Positions 1-9,748 of a stretch of DNA of 64,000 bases are shown one piece after another. This DNA is from an uncultured virus (IMG/VR IMGVR_UViG_3300049215_000844) (taxonomy: Duplodnaviria > Heunggongvirae > Uroviricota > Caudoviricetes). The notes under the pieces are model-generated. The model had not been told where the DNA came from and did no database searches. It saw only the letters and a program-made list of their open reading frames with translations. The first letter of the stretch is position 1; each line of letters begins with the position of its first letter. The translations under genes and the position numbers were made by a program. The stretch is from the IMG/VR virus record IMGVR_UViG_3300049215_000844; one strand, written 5' to 3'.

Positions 1-774
1 ATGGCCCACTATCCGGAACTGCACGGCAAGGTCTGCCTGGTCACGGGCGGATCGAGCGGCATCGGCCTCGCGGCCGGGCAGGCGTTCGCGCGGCAGGGCG
101 CGAACGTGATCCTCGCCAGCCGCGACGAGCGGCGCGGCCGCGCCGCGCTCGGCTCCTTCCCCGAGGGCGCGCGGGTCTCCTGGATGCCGTGCGACGCGTC
201 GGACGGCCGCTCGGTGGAGGCGCTGATCGCGGCCATCTGCAGCGCGCATGGCGGGCTCGACTGCGCCTTCAACAACGGCGGCAGCGTCGCCGGAGAGGAC
301 ATCGCGCCGATCGGCGACATGAGCGAGGACAGCTGGCGCCGCACCATCGACGGCTACCTGACGTCGGTGTTCCTCTGCATGCGCCACCAGATCCCCGCGA
401 TGCTGAAGGCCGGCAGCGGCGTCATCGTCAACATGTCCTCGATCTACGGCCAGCGCGGCCACGCCATTCCCGGCGGCGGCGCCTACGCCGCGGCCAAGCA
501 CGGCGTGCTCGGCCTGACGCGCAGCGCGGCGTTGCAGTATGCCGCGCGCGGCCTGCGCATCACCGCGATCTCGCCGGGCTGGGTGGCGACGCCGCCGATC
601 GTCCGCTGGATGGAGGGCGACGCGGAATTCGCCCGCACGATCACCGGGCTGACGCCGCGCGGCCGCATCGCCACGCCCGAGGAGGTCGCCGATGCCGTGG
701 TCTTCCTGTGCTCCGACGGCGCCGCGGCGGTGATCGGCGCCTCGCTCGTGGTCGACGGCGGCGCGACGGCGTGA
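1..774 (+). CDS. SDR family NAD(P)-dependent oxidoreductase (host gene)
   Basis: TGGSSGIG Rossmann motif, NNGG, YAAAK catalytic YxxxK, C-terminal VDGG. Confidence 0.93.
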   Translation: MAHYPELHGKVCLVTGGSSGIGLAAGQAFARQGANVILASRDERRGRAALGSFPEGARVSWMPCDASDGRSVEALIAAICSAHGGLDCAFNNGGSVAGEDIAPIGDMSEDSWRRTIDGYLTSVFLCMRHQIPAMLKAGSGVIVNMSSIYGQRGHAIPGGGAYAAAKHGVLGLTRSAALQYAARGLRITAISPGWVATPPIVRWMEGDAEFARTITGLTPRGRIATPEEVADAVVFLCSDGAAAVIGASLVVDGGATA

Positions 775-878
775 AAATATTTTTTCCGCGGCCCGCGCGC
801 CAGGGGCGGCGGCGGCCGCCCTGCAGGGAAAATTGTTCAACGATTTCAAAGGCGGTTGCTGCGGCACCCCCCTCCGTG

Positions 879-936
879 TCGAACAGTTGGCTACCATAAT
901 AGGGTGAAGCGCCGGCGCGGGATTAGCTTCCGCGCC
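879..936 (+). promoter_or_regulatory. Conserved upstream motif TCGAACAGTTGGCTACCATAATAGGGT (879-905) plus putative -10 (TAGCTT 924-929) of the podoviral operon
   Basis: 26/27 identical copy at 13129-13155; both copies start 58 nt before an ATG. Confidence 0.7.
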
Positions 937-1161
937 ATGGGAATCTTCTCCGCACCTTCGACACCCTACGTTCCGCCGATCACGACGATCGCGGCGCCGC
1001 CGCCGGCACCGACGCCGGTCGACAAGGCGGCCGAGGACGCCGCCGCCCGCACCAGGGCCCAGCTCGCCGCCGCGGCGGGTTACGGCGCGACCAACCCGAC
1101 CGGCGGGCAGGGCGTGCCCGGCGCCGCCGGCACTTCCTACAAGACCCTGCTGGGAGCCTGA
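937..1161 (+). CDS. Small virion protein preceding the portal (Bbp22/T7 gp7.3-like position)
   Basis: Pro-rich N-terminus, C-terminal KTLLG motif typical of this gene slot. Confidence 0.65.
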   Translation: MGIFSAPSTPYVPPITTIAAPPPAPTPVDKAAEDAAARTRAQLAAAAGYGATNPTGGQGVPGAAGTSYKTLLGA

Positions 1162-1162
1162 C

Positions 1163-2926
1163 ATGGCCGACGCCCCCCACGCGCCGTCGCGCGGCGACGT
1201 TTACGATCCCGCGCTGCGCGCCTACTACGTGAACCGCCTGGCGGCGCTCGACCGCGAGCGCAGCTCCTACTGGCCGACCTGGAAGGACATCGCGCAACAC
1301 TTCGCGCCGCGGCGCGGCCGCTTCGTGACCGGCGCCGGCGACCAGTCGCGCCGCGGCAGCCGGCGCGACCAGCGCCTGATCGACAACACGCCGCTCATCG
1401 CCCAGCGCACCATGGCCTCGGGCATGATGGCCGGCATCTCCTCGCCGGCGCGGCCGTGGTTCCGCCTGCGGCTCGCCAACGATGCCGCCAACCGCGTGCC
1501 GGGCGTGAAGACCTGGCTCGACGAGGTGCAGAAGCGGCTGCTCCACGTCTTCGCGCGCTCCAATCTCTACAACTGCCTGCACACGCTCTACGGCGAGCTC
1601 GGCACCTTCGGCAGCGCCGTGCTGTGGGTCGACGAGGACCACGAGGACGTGGTGCGCGGCTACACCCTGACCGCCGGCGAGTACTGGCTCGCCTCGTCCA
1701 GCCGGCTGGCGGTCGACACGCTCTACCGCACCATGTGGTGGACGGCGCGCCAGATCGTCGACGCCTTCGGCCGCGACGCGGTGAGCCCCGCCGTGCTCGC
1801 CGCCCACGACAACGGCCAGCTCGACCTCGAGTTCGAGATCGTGCACGCGCTGGAGCCCAACCCCAATGCGGCGGCGCGCGATGCCGTGGCGCCGGGCGGC
1901 GCCGTCGACTGGAGCGGCCGGCTGGCCGCGCGCTTCGCGGTGCGCTCGGCGTGGTTCGAGCGCGGCCGGCAGGGCGAGGACGGCCGCGCCCTGCTGCGCG
2001 TCTCGGGCTACGAGGAATTCCCGGCCATGTGCCCGCGCTGGGAGGTCGCCGGTTCCGACAGCTACGGCTGGGGGCCGGGCTGGACGGCGCTGGGCGACAG
2101 CCAGCAGCTGCAGACCCAGCAGCGCCGCAAGCTGGAGGCCATCGACAGGATGGTGAAGCCGCCGATGGTCGGCCCGCCGTCGCTGCGCAACGAACCGGCC
2201 TCGCTGCTGCCCGGCGGCATCACCTACGTGGCCGATCCGTCGGGCCAGGGCTTCCGGCCGGCGATCGACGTGCGGCTCGATCTCGCGGCGCTCGGCGGCG
2301 ACATCCAGGAGACGCAGGGCCGCATCAAGAGCGCCTTCTACGCCGACCTCTTCCTCATGCTGGCCGAGAGCGACCGGCGCGAGATCACGGCGCGCGAGAT
2401 CGACGAGCGGCACGAGGAGAAGATGCTGATGCTGGGGCCGGTGCTCGAGCGCCTGCACGACGAGCTGCTCGATCCGCTGGTGACGCGCGTGTTCAACATC
2501 ATGGCGCGCCACGGGCTGATCCCGCCGCCGCCCCGGCTGGCCGACGGGCGCGGCCTCAACCTCGCAACCATGCAGGTCGAGTTCATCTCGATCCTGGCGC
2601 AGGCGCAGAAGGCGGTGAGCGCCGGCGCCATCGAGCGCTTCTGGCAGTTCGGCGCGCAGATCGGCGCCATCAAGCCCGAGGCGCTCGACCGGCTCGACGC
2701 CGACGGCACCATGGACGCCTACGCCGACATCACCGGCGTGCCGGGCCAGACCGTCGTGCCCCTGGCCGATGCCCGCAAGGTGCGCGACGCGCGCGCCCAG
2801 GCGGTCCAGGAGCAGAACCAGATGGCGGCCGCCGAGCGCATCGCCGCCATCGGCAAGACGGCGAGCGACATCGATGTCGGCGGCGGCGCGAACGCCGTCG
2901 GCGCGATGCTGGGGAGGTCGCCGTGA
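1163..2926 (+). CDS. Portal / head-to-tail connector (T7 gp8 / BPP-1 Bbp21 type)
   Basis: SSPARPWFRL, FGSAVLWVDED, YG.GPG..ALGD, ITAREIDERHEEKMLMLGPVLERLHDELLDPL. Confidence 0.92.
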   Translation: MADAPHAPSRGDVYDPALRAYYVNRLAALDRERSSYWPTWKDIAQHFAPRRGRFVTGAGDQSRRGSRRDQRLIDNTPLIAQRTMASGMMAGISSPARPWFRLRLANDAANRVPGVKTWLDEVQKRLLHVFARSNLYNCLHTLYGELGTFGSAVLWVDEDHEDVVRGYTLTAGEYWLASSSRLAVDTLYRTMWWTARQIVDAFGRDAVSPAVLAAHDNGQLDLEFEIVHALEPNPNAAARDAVAPGGAVDWSGRLAARFAVRSAWFERGRQGEDGRALLRVSGYEEFPAMCPRWEVAGSDSYGWGPGWTALGDSQQLQTQQRRKLEAIDRMVKPPMVGPPSLRNEPASLLPGGITYVADPSGQGFRPAIDVRLDLAALGGDIQETQGRIKSAFYADLFLMLAESDRREITAREIDERHEEKMLMLGPVLERLHDELLDPLVTRVFNIMARHGLIPPPPRLADGRGLNLATMQVEFISILAQAQKAVSAGAIERFWQFGAQIGAIKPEALDRLDADGTMDAYADITGVPGQTVVPLADARKVRDARAQAVQEQNQMAAAERIAAIGKTASDIDVGGGANAVGAMLGRSP

Positions 2927-2940
2927 GAAGCGCCGCGACG

Positions 2941-3204
2941 ACCCCCTCCGCCGCGATGACGCGGCACCTCCCCCCAGAGGGGGGAGGCGGGGCTCCTTCC
3001 TTGTTCCTCTCCCCAGAGGAGGGAGGCGGGGCTCCTTCCTTGTTCCTCTCCCCAGAGGAGGGAGGCGAGGCTCCTTCCTTGTTCCTCCCCTCAGAAGAGG
3101 GCGGCGAGGCTCCTTCATTGTTCCTCCCCCCGGAGGACGGAGGCGAGGCTCCATCCTTGTTCCTCCCCCGTCTCGGGGGAGGTGGCCCGCAGGGCCGGAG
3201 GGGG
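2941..3204. repeat. Five tandem 39-bp units (2965-3159) inside a pair of inverted CCTCCCCC/GGGGGAGG palindromic elements
   Basis: Unit TTCCTCTCCCCAGAGGAGGGAGGCGGGGCTCCTTCCTTG repeated head-to-tail with progressive degeneration; flanks CCCCCTCCG..CACCTCCCCC and GGGGGAGGTG..CGGAGGGGG. Confidence 0.9.
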
Positions 3205-3211
3205 CCGGGCC

Positions 3212-3547
3212 ATGGCTGACACCGGCGAACTGGGCAGCCAGCGCGGCGAGGAGCAGCGCAACAAGGCGATAAAGGCGCGCGCGCTGCAGGCCGACGACGC
3301 CTTCCGCTGGATCATGAACGACGAGCGCGGCCGCAAGGTCGTGTGGAGCCTGCTCGACCGCGCCGGCGTGTTCCGCAGCTCCATGGCGGCCACGCCCGAG
3401 CTCACCGCCTTCAACGAGGGCCGCCGCGACATGGGCCTCGCGCTGCTGGCCGACATCATGCGGCTGGCGCCCGAGCTCTACACCCGCATGGCCGCCGAGG
3501 CCGCCGTCAAACCCCGATCGAACGACAAGGACAACGAACATGGCTGA
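3212..3547 (+). CDS. Bbp19-like phage protein
   Basis: FRWIMNDERGRKVVWSLLDRAGVFRSS..TAFNEGRRDMGL signature; position after portal. Confidence 0.8.
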   Translation: MADTGELGSQRGEEQRNKAIKARALQADDAFRWIMNDERGRKVVWSLLDRAGVFRSSMAATPELTAFNEGRRDMGLALLADIMRLAPELYTRMAAEAAVKPRSNDKDNEHG

Positions 3548-4223
3548 GCAGACCGCGACGACTCCGACGAGCCGCATCCCGAACGCGACCCCGAACGCGA
3601 CCCCGACCGCCGCTGCGGCTGCGACCGCGACCGCCGAGGCCGCGGCGGCCAATCCCGAGCCGGCGCTGCTCGGCGGGCAACCGGCGAGCGGCGCATCGTC
3701 CGCCGATGCGGAAGGCGACGCCGCGCCCGCCGCGACGCCGGCGGCCTACGAGGCCTTCCGCCTGCCCGACGGCGTCGCGCTCGACGAGACCTCGCTGGCC
3801 GACGCCACGCAGCTCTTCCACGAGGCGCGGCTCGACCAGGCGACGGCGCAGAAATTCATCGACCTTGCCGTGTCGCGCGAACAGGCCGCCGCCCGCCGGG
3901 GCGTGCAGGCCTTCGTCGACCTGCAGAACAAATGGACCGGAGAGGTGAAGGCCGATCCCGAAATCGGCGGCGACAAGCTCACGGCCTCGCTGGCCGCGGC
4001 GGGCCGCGCGATCGATCGCCTGAACGTCGCCGGCCTTCGGGAGGCACTGCACCTGACGGGGGCGGGCAACAACCCCGCCATTGTCAGGGCGTTCGTGCGT
4101 CTCGGGCAGATGCTCTCGGAGGACAGGTTCGCGCCGGGCCGCAACGCCGCGCCGACCCCGCCGAGATCGCCGGCCGACGTCATCTACGACGGCAGCCCGC
4201 GCGGCACCGTCGGCAACCCCTGA
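3540..4223 (+). CDS. Capsid scaffolding/assembly protein
   Basis: Low-complexity N-terminus, ADPEIGG, TGAGNNPAIVRAFVRLGQMLSED; directly before capsid gene. Confidence 0.8.
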   Translation: MAEQTATTPTSRIPNATPNATPTAAAAATATAEAAAANPEPALLGGQPASGASSADAEGDAAPAATPAAYEAFRLPDGVALDETSLADATQLFHEARLDQATAQKFIDLAVSREQAAARRGVQAFVDLQNKWTGEVKADPEIGGDKLTASLAAAGRAIDRLNVAGLREALHLTGAGNNPAIVRAFVRLGQMLSEDRFAPGRNAAPTPPRSPADVIYDGSPRGTVGNP

Positions 4224-4250
4224 TCAACCAATCCCCAGGAGACCTGACAC

Positions 4251-5272
4251 ATGGCAACCCTCGCCTCTTCGGCCCTCACGCTCGCGGAGTGGGCCACCCG
4301 ACTGGAGCCCGGCGGCAAGCCCGCCGCGGTGATCGAACTGCTCGGCCAGACCAACGAGATGCTGGCCGACATGCTGTGGATGGAGTGCAACGACGGCGCG
4401 GGCCACCGCACCACCGTGCGCACCGGCCTGCCCGGCGCCACCTGGCGCCTGCTCAACTACGGCGTCGCCAAGTCCAAGAGCACGACCGCCAGGTGCGCGA
4501 CGCCACCGGCATGCTCGAGGCCTACAGCGACATCGACAAGGCGCTGGCCGACCTGAACGGCAACACCGCCGAGTTCCGCATGGGCGAGGACATGGCCTTC
4601 ATCGAGGCGATGAACCAGAACATGCAGGGCACCGTGGTCTACGGCAGCACCGCCGCCAACCCCGAGCGCTTCACCGGCCTCGGCCCGCGCTTCAGCTCGC
4701 TGTCGGCCAGCAACGGCGTCAACATCGTCGATGCCGGCGGCACCGGCTCGACCAACACGTCGATGTGGCTGGTCGGCTGGGGCCAGAACACCTGCCACGG
4801 CCTGTTCCCCAAGGGCAGCAAGGCCGGCCTGCAGGTGCGCGACCTCGGCGAGGTGCCGCTCTACGACACCAGCAGCAACATCTACCAGGGCTATCGCACG
4901 CACTTCAAATGGGACTGCGGGCTGTCGGTGCGCGACTGGCGCTTCGTGGTGCGCATCGCCAACATCAACGTGAGTTCGGGCGCGGTCACCGCGACCGGCC
5001 TCGTCAACTCGCTGATCGCGGCGGTCAACCGGCTGCCCTTCGTCAGCGCCGCCGGCAACAGCCCGCCGCCGGGCGGCACGCGGCCCGGCCAGGTCAACAC
5101 CGTGTTCTACTGCAACCGCACGGTGCGCGCCGCGCTCGACATCCAGGCGATGGCCAAGACCAACAACTTCCTCACCCTGGAGACGCGGGACAGCAAGCCC
5201 TACACGGCGTTCCGCGGCATCCCCATCCGCATCTGCGACCAGATCCTCAACAACGAGGCGCGCATCGTCTGA
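4251..5272 (+). pseudogene. Major capsid protein (BPP-1 Bbp17/epsilon15 gp7 type) split by a 1-nt frameshift near 4488-4491 (true lesion or sequencing error)
   Basis: ORF 4251-4556 gives the N-terminus (TLAEWA..HRTTVRTGLP..SKSTTA); the frame of 3932-5272 continues QVRDATGMLEAYS..FRGIPIRICDQILNNEARIV. Confidence 0.85.
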
Positions 5273-5301
5273 CGCCTTCAACCTTCAAGGAGAATTCGAC
5301 C

Positions 5302-5748
5302 ATGCTTCTCGACAAACAGAACCAGTTCTCGGACGCGCAGGCGGTCACCGACCACACCGCGGACACCCCGAGCAGCAACGTCATCGACCTCGGCATCGCC
5401 CGCGACGTGGGCGGCTCCGTGACGGCACAGCTCCACCTGCTGTGCGAGGTCAGCACCGCCTTCGCCTCGGGCGGCTCGGCGACCCTCCAGGTCAAGGTGC
5501 AGGGCAGCAACGACAACAGCTCGTTCGTCGACCTGTACGCCAGCCCGGCGGTCGCCGTGGCGAGCCTCGCGCAGGGCTACCGCTTCCTGCCGGGGCCGCT
5601 GATCGCGCGGCTCAACGACACGCTCTACCGCTATGTCCGCCTGGACTACGTGGTGGGCACCGCCGACATGACCGCGGGCCGGCTCACGGCGGCGCTGGTG
5701 CCGTCGCTCGTCGCCCTCGACACCTACGCGCGCGGCTACACCGCGTAG
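5302..5748 (+). CDS. Capsid cement protein (Bbp16-like)
   Basis: MLLDKQNQFSDAQAVT..SSNVIDLG..RYVRLDYVV; AAGGAG RBS; follows capsid gene. Confidence 0.8.
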   Translation: MLLDKQNQFSDAQAVTDHTADTPSSNVIDLGIARDVGGSVTAQLHLLCEVSTAFASGGSATLQVKVQGSNDNSSFVDLYASPAVAVASLAQGYRFLPGPLIARLNDTLYRYVRLDYVVGTADMTAGRLTAALVPSLVALDTYARGYTA

Positions 5749-5754
5749 TCCGCG

Positions 5755-5790
5755 ACGGGAGGCGGGGCAAACAAACCCGCCTCCCGTTTC
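5755..5790 (+). terminator. Hairpin after capsid/cement genes
   Basis: ACGGGAGGCGGG..CCCGCCTCCCGT stem followed by a short T run. Confidence 0.5.
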
Positions 5791-5815
5791 CCCTCCTTGC
5801 GCAGCGAGCGAAGCC

Positions 5816-6493
5816 ATGGCCACCGTGACCGACATCTGCAACGCCGCGATCTCCCACTGCGGCACGCGCAGCAAGATCAGCTCGATCGACGAGGGCAGCG
5901 CCGAAGCCGGCGCCTGCCTGACGCACTTCGCGCTGGTGCGCGACGCCACGCTGCGCGCCTTCGACTGGAACTTCGCGCGCCTCACCGTGGGCCTCGCCCG
6001 GCTGCAGGATCCGCCCGCCCGCTGGGCCTGCAAATACGCGCTGCCGACCGACTGCGTGCGCCTGCGCCGCCTCAACGACGTGCCGCTGCCGGCGCTGCCC
6101 GAGACGTTCTGCGAGCTGGCGGCCGACCGCGACGGCAGCGGCGCGTTCATCGGCGTGATCCTGACCGACGCCAGCCCGGTGAGCGCGATCTACACCGCGC
6201 GCGTCGAGGATCCCAACCGCTGGGACCACGGCTTCGTCGATGCCGTGACGTACGGCCTGGCGAGCCGCGTCTGCTTCGAGCTCACCGGCAAGGAGGAGCG
6301 CGCGAAGGAGCTGACGCAGCTGTGGCAGGCCATGCTGATGACGGCCGGCGCCGAGATGGCCAACGAAGGCTCCGCCTTCAGCCGGGCCTGGATGCCCGAG
6401 GCGCTGCAGGCGCGCGGCTTCGACGACGGGCTGACGGAGTTCGGCCAGGTCGCCGCGCCCTATCCGTGGCCGAACGGGCGGCCGTCGTCGTGA
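5816..6493 (+). CDS. Head-tail adaptor (tail tubular protein A-like)
   Basis: DICNAAISH, WNFAR, YALPTDCVRL, IYTARVED motifs. Confidence 0.8.
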   Translation: MATVTDICNAAISHCGTRSKISSIDEGSAEAGACLTHFALVRDATLRAFDWNFARLTVGLARLQDPPARWACKYALPTDCVRLRRLNDVPLPALPETFCELAADRDGSGAFIGVILTDASPVSAIYTARVEDPNRWDHGFVDAVTYGLASRVCFELTGKEERAKELTQLWQAMLMTAGAEMANEGSAFSRAWMPEALQARGFDDGLTEFGQVAAPYPWPNGRPSS

Positions 6494-6635
6494 GCGGGCC
6501 TCGAAACGAGAGCGGGAAGGGCGGAGGAGCCGGGATGCATGCCCTCGAAGGGCAAGGAGCAGGCGCTGCGCTTCGGCCTTCGGCCGACCGGCGCGACCGG
6601 ACGCGCCTGGCGCCACGCGCCTGCCGGAGCGTCGT

Positions 6636-8714
6636 ATGACGACGCTCCCGGTCATCCAGCCGTCCTTCGCGGCCGGCGAGCTGTCGCCGTTCCTCCATGG
6701 CCGCGTCGATTTCGCCAAGTTCCATGTCGGCGCGCGGACGATGCTCAATTTCTTCGTGCATCCGCACGGCGGCGCCTCGAACCGGCCGGGCACGATGTTC
6801 ATCGGCGAGGTCGCCGACAGCACGGTGCGCCATCGCCTGGTCCCGTTCCAGTTCCGCGCCTCGCCGGCGGGCCAGAACTACGCCCTGGTGTTCGGCGACC
6901 TCACGATGCAGATCGTGATGTTCGATGCCGAAGTTGGCGCGGCGGGCTTCGTCGAAAGCGCGCCCGGCGTGCGCTACACGCTCGCCACGCCCTATGCCGC
7001 GGCGGATCTCGCGCGGCTGAAGTTCGTGCAGTCGGCCGACACCATGACCGTCGTGCATCCGTCCCACGCGCCGCGCCAGCTGACGCGCACCGGCCACGCG
7101 GCGTGGACGCTCGCCACCGTCACCTTCGCGCCGTCCACCGGCGCACCGTCGGGCCTCGCCGCCGGCGCGCCCGGCACCTCGACCTATGTCGCGGTCACGG
7201 CGATCGCCGACGCCACGGGCGAGGAGAGCCTGCCCTGCGCCGGCGCCGGCTCGTCCTCGGCGTCGGACGCGTGGAGCTGGAGCGCCGTGGCGGGCTGCTC
7301 GACCTACAACGTCTACAAGCAGAAGGGCTCGATCTACGGCTTCGTCGCCCAGGTGCAGACCAACGGCTGGACCGACGCCAACATCGACCCCGACATCGGC
7401 AACACGCCGCCCGGCTCGCGCAACCCCTTCGCGGCGGGGGCGGGCTACTGGCCGTCCTGCACCACCTACTACCAGCAGCGCCAGGTGTTCGCGAACAGCA
7501 CGACCTACCCGCAGACGCTGTGGTTCTCCAACACCGGCGCCTTCAACAACATGAACGTGGCCGAGCCGACGCGCGACACCGACGCCATCACGCGCGCCCT
7601 GACCGGCCGGCAGGTCAACGCGGTGCGCCATCTGGTGGAGTGCGGCAGTTCGCTCCTGATCATGACCTCCGGCGCGGAGTGGCGCTGCTGGCCGGGCGCC
7701 GCCTCGAGCGCGCTGACGCCCGCCTCGTGCGTGACCCTGCCGCAGACCTCGCACGGCTGCTCCGACGTGCCGCCGATCTGGACCGAGAACGCGCTGCTGT
7801 TCGTCAAGGAGCGCGGCAACCGGGTGATCGAGCTGCGCTTCGACGTGCTGCAGGACCAGTGGCAGGCGTCCGACAGGAGCGTGCTCAGCCAGCACCTGGT
7901 CTACGACACGACGGGACAGTTCCAGATCGAGGAATGGGCGTGGGCCGAGGAGCCGTTCAAGATCGTCTGGGCGGTGCGCGACGACGGCCTGCTGCTGGGC
8001 TTCACCTACATGCGCGAGCACGACGTCTATGCCTGGCACCGGCATGCCACCGACGGCACCGTCGAGAGCGTCTGCGCCATCCCCGAGCCGGACGGCTCGG
8101 GCGGCCTGTTCGACGCGGTCTACCTGATCGTCAGGCGGACCGTCGACGGACGGGCCAGGCGCTATGTCGAGCGCATGGTGCCGCGCACCTGGGCCTCGCT
8201 GGCCGACATGTGGTTCGTCGATTGCGGCCTGATGTACAGCGGCGCCCCCGTGACCGAAGTGACGGGCCTCGATCACCTCGAGGGCAAGACCGTGGCCATC
8301 CTGGGCGACGGCTCGGTGGTGCCGAACCAGGTCGTGAGCGGCGGCGCGGTGACGCTCGACGGCAGCTACACGAAGGTGATCGTCGGGCTGCCCTACGAGG
8401 CCGACCTCGAGACGCTGAACCTCGAGCTGCCCGGCGCCGCCACCTCGCAGGGCCAGATGAAGAAGATCGCGCAATGCACGCTGCGCGTGAAGGACGCGCG
8501 CGGCGTGCGGGTCGGCCTCAACCAGGGCGCGGCGCAGGAGGTCAAGCAGCGGCGGAGCGAGTATCTCGGCGCGCCGATGCAGCTCTACGCCGGCGACTGG
8601 ACGGTGGTCGTTCCGACCGAATGGAACCGCGACGGCCGGCTGTTCGTGAAGCAGGCCTACCCCTTGCCGGTGACGATCCTCGATCTGATCCCCGAAGTGA
8701 ACATGGGCGGCTGA
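6636..8714 (+). CDS. Tail nozzle (tail tubular protein B-like)
   Basis: QPSFAAGELSP, QSADTM..HP, YQQR, AWHRHATDG, FVDCG, GLDHLEGKTV. Confidence 0.88.
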   Translation: MTTLPVIQPSFAAGELSPFLHGRVDFAKFHVGARTMLNFFVHPHGGASNRPGTMFIGEVADSTVRHRLVPFQFRASPAGQNYALVFGDLTMQIVMFDAEVGAAGFVESAPGVRYTLATPYAAADLARLKFVQSADTMTVVHPSHAPRQLTRTGHAAWTLATVTFAPSTGAPSGLAAGAPGTSTYVAVTAIADATGEESLPCAGAGSSSASDAWSWSAVAGCSTYNVYKQKGSIYGFVAQVQTNGWTDANIDPDIGNTPPGSRNPFAAGAGYWPSCTTYYQQRQVFANSTTYPQTLWFSNTGAFNNMNVAEPTRDTDAITRALTGRQVNAVRHLVECGSSLLIMTSGAEWRCWPGAASSALTPASCVTLPQTSHGCSDVPPIWTENALLFVKERGNRVIELRFDVLQDQWQASDRSVLSQHLVYDTTGQFQIEEWAWAEEPFKIVWAVRDDGLLLGFTYMREHDVYAWHRHATDGTVESVCAIPEPDGSGGLFDAVYLIVRRTVDGRARRYVERMVPRTWASLADMWFVDCGLMYSGAPVTEVTGLDHLEGKTVAILGDGSVVPNQVVSGGAVTLDGSYTKVIVGLPYEADLETLNLELPGAATSQGQMKKIAQCTLRVKDARGVRVGLNQGAAQEVKQRRSEYLGAPMQLYAGDWTVVVPTEWNRDGRLFVKQAYPLPVTILDLIPEVNMGG

Positions 8715-9184
8715 TGATCCGGATCGTTCCCGCCACGCCGGCGCATGCCGCTTCCATCGAGCTGCGGCCGGGCGATGCGCGCGAGATCGCGGCGCACGGC
8801 ATCGACCCGGCGACGGCGCTGCGCACCAGCCTCGCACGCTCGCTGTGGGCCGACGCCTATCTGGCCGACGGCCCCGCCGGAGCGGAAGTGGCGGCCATCC
8901 TGGGCTGCGGCATGAGCTGCCTGCTGGGCGGCCATCACACGCCGTGGCTGATCACCGGCACGCCGGTCGACCGCCACCGCAAGGATTTCCTGCGCCTGAC
9001 GCGGGCGCGCATCGGCGAGATGCGCCGGCGCTATCCGCTTATGGTCAACTACATCCACGCCGACTACGCCGAGAGCGTGCGCTGGGCGCGCTGGCTCGGC
9101 TTCGAGGTCGCGCCGCCCGAGCCGATGGGGCCGCTCGGCGAGAAGTTCGTCCGCATCACGATGGAGACACAGCATGGGCGTTGA
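8714..9184 (+). CDS. T7 gp13-like internal virion protein (GNAT-like fold)
   Basis: LRPGDAREI..NYIHADYAESVRWARWLGF; start overlaps the nozzle stop codon. Confidence 0.7.
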   Translation: MIRIVPATPAHAASIELRPGDAREIAAHGIDPATALRTSLARSLWADAYLADGPAGAEVAAILGCGMSCLLGGHHTPWLITGTPVDRHRKDFLRLTRARIGEMRRRYPLMVNYIHADYAESVRWARWLGFEVAPPEPMGPLGEKFVRITMETQHGR

Positions 9185-9746
9185 GACCGCCGCTCTCATC
9201 TCGATCGCCTCGACGGCGCTGACCACCGGCCTCGGCATCGCGGGCCAGGCGCAGAAGGCGGCCGCCGAGGCCGGCCAGGCGGGCTACCAGGCCCAGGTGG
9301 CGCGCAACAACCAGGCGCTGGCCGAGATCAACGCGCGCAACGCCGAGGCGCAGGGCCAGGCCGACGCCGGCCGGAGACAGCTCGAGGTGGCGCAGACCGA
9401 GGCCAAGCAAAGGGCCGTGCTGGCGGCGATGGGCGGCGACGTCAACCGCGACAGCAACCTCGACCTGCTGGCCGACACCGCGCGCGCCGGCGCGACCGAC
9501 GTCGCCACGCTGCGCAGCAACGCGGCCTGGAAGGCCTACGGCTATCGCGTGCAGGGGCTGGGCTACGGCGCGGCGGCCGACAGCCAGCGCCTCGCCGCGG
9601 CCAACGCCACGGCCGCGCTGCCCTTCGGCATCGGTTCCTCGCTGCTCACCGGCGCGTCGAGCATCGCGGGCAAGTGGAAGGATGCGTTTGGGTCGCCGGG
9701 CGGCTCATCCGGCGAACTACTTAACTACGGAGCCGCTGCGCCATGA
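9174..9746 (+). CDS. Internal virion (ejection) protein, T7 gp14-like slot
   Basis: Ala/Gln/Gly-rich helical protein, QAQVARNN, synteny. Confidence 0.7.
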   Translation: MGVETAALISIASTALTTGLGIAGQAQKAAAEAGQAGYQAQVARNNQALAEINARNAEAQGQADAGRRQLEVAQTEAKQRAVLAAMGGDVNRDSNLDLLADTARAGATDVATLRSNAAWKAYGYRVQGLGYGAAADSQRLAAANATAALPFGIGSSLLTGASSIAGKWKDAFGSPGGSSGELLNYGAAAP

Positions 9747-9748
9747 TG

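Noticed and set aside
2965..3159. 39-bp repeats as a CRISPR array
   Set aside because: Units are head-to-tail with no unique spacers, and there are no cas genes in the window.
3578..3635. CCGAACGCGACC short repeats in the scaffold gene
   Set aside because: They encode a low-complexity PNAT/ATA linker and do not match the prophage palindrome.
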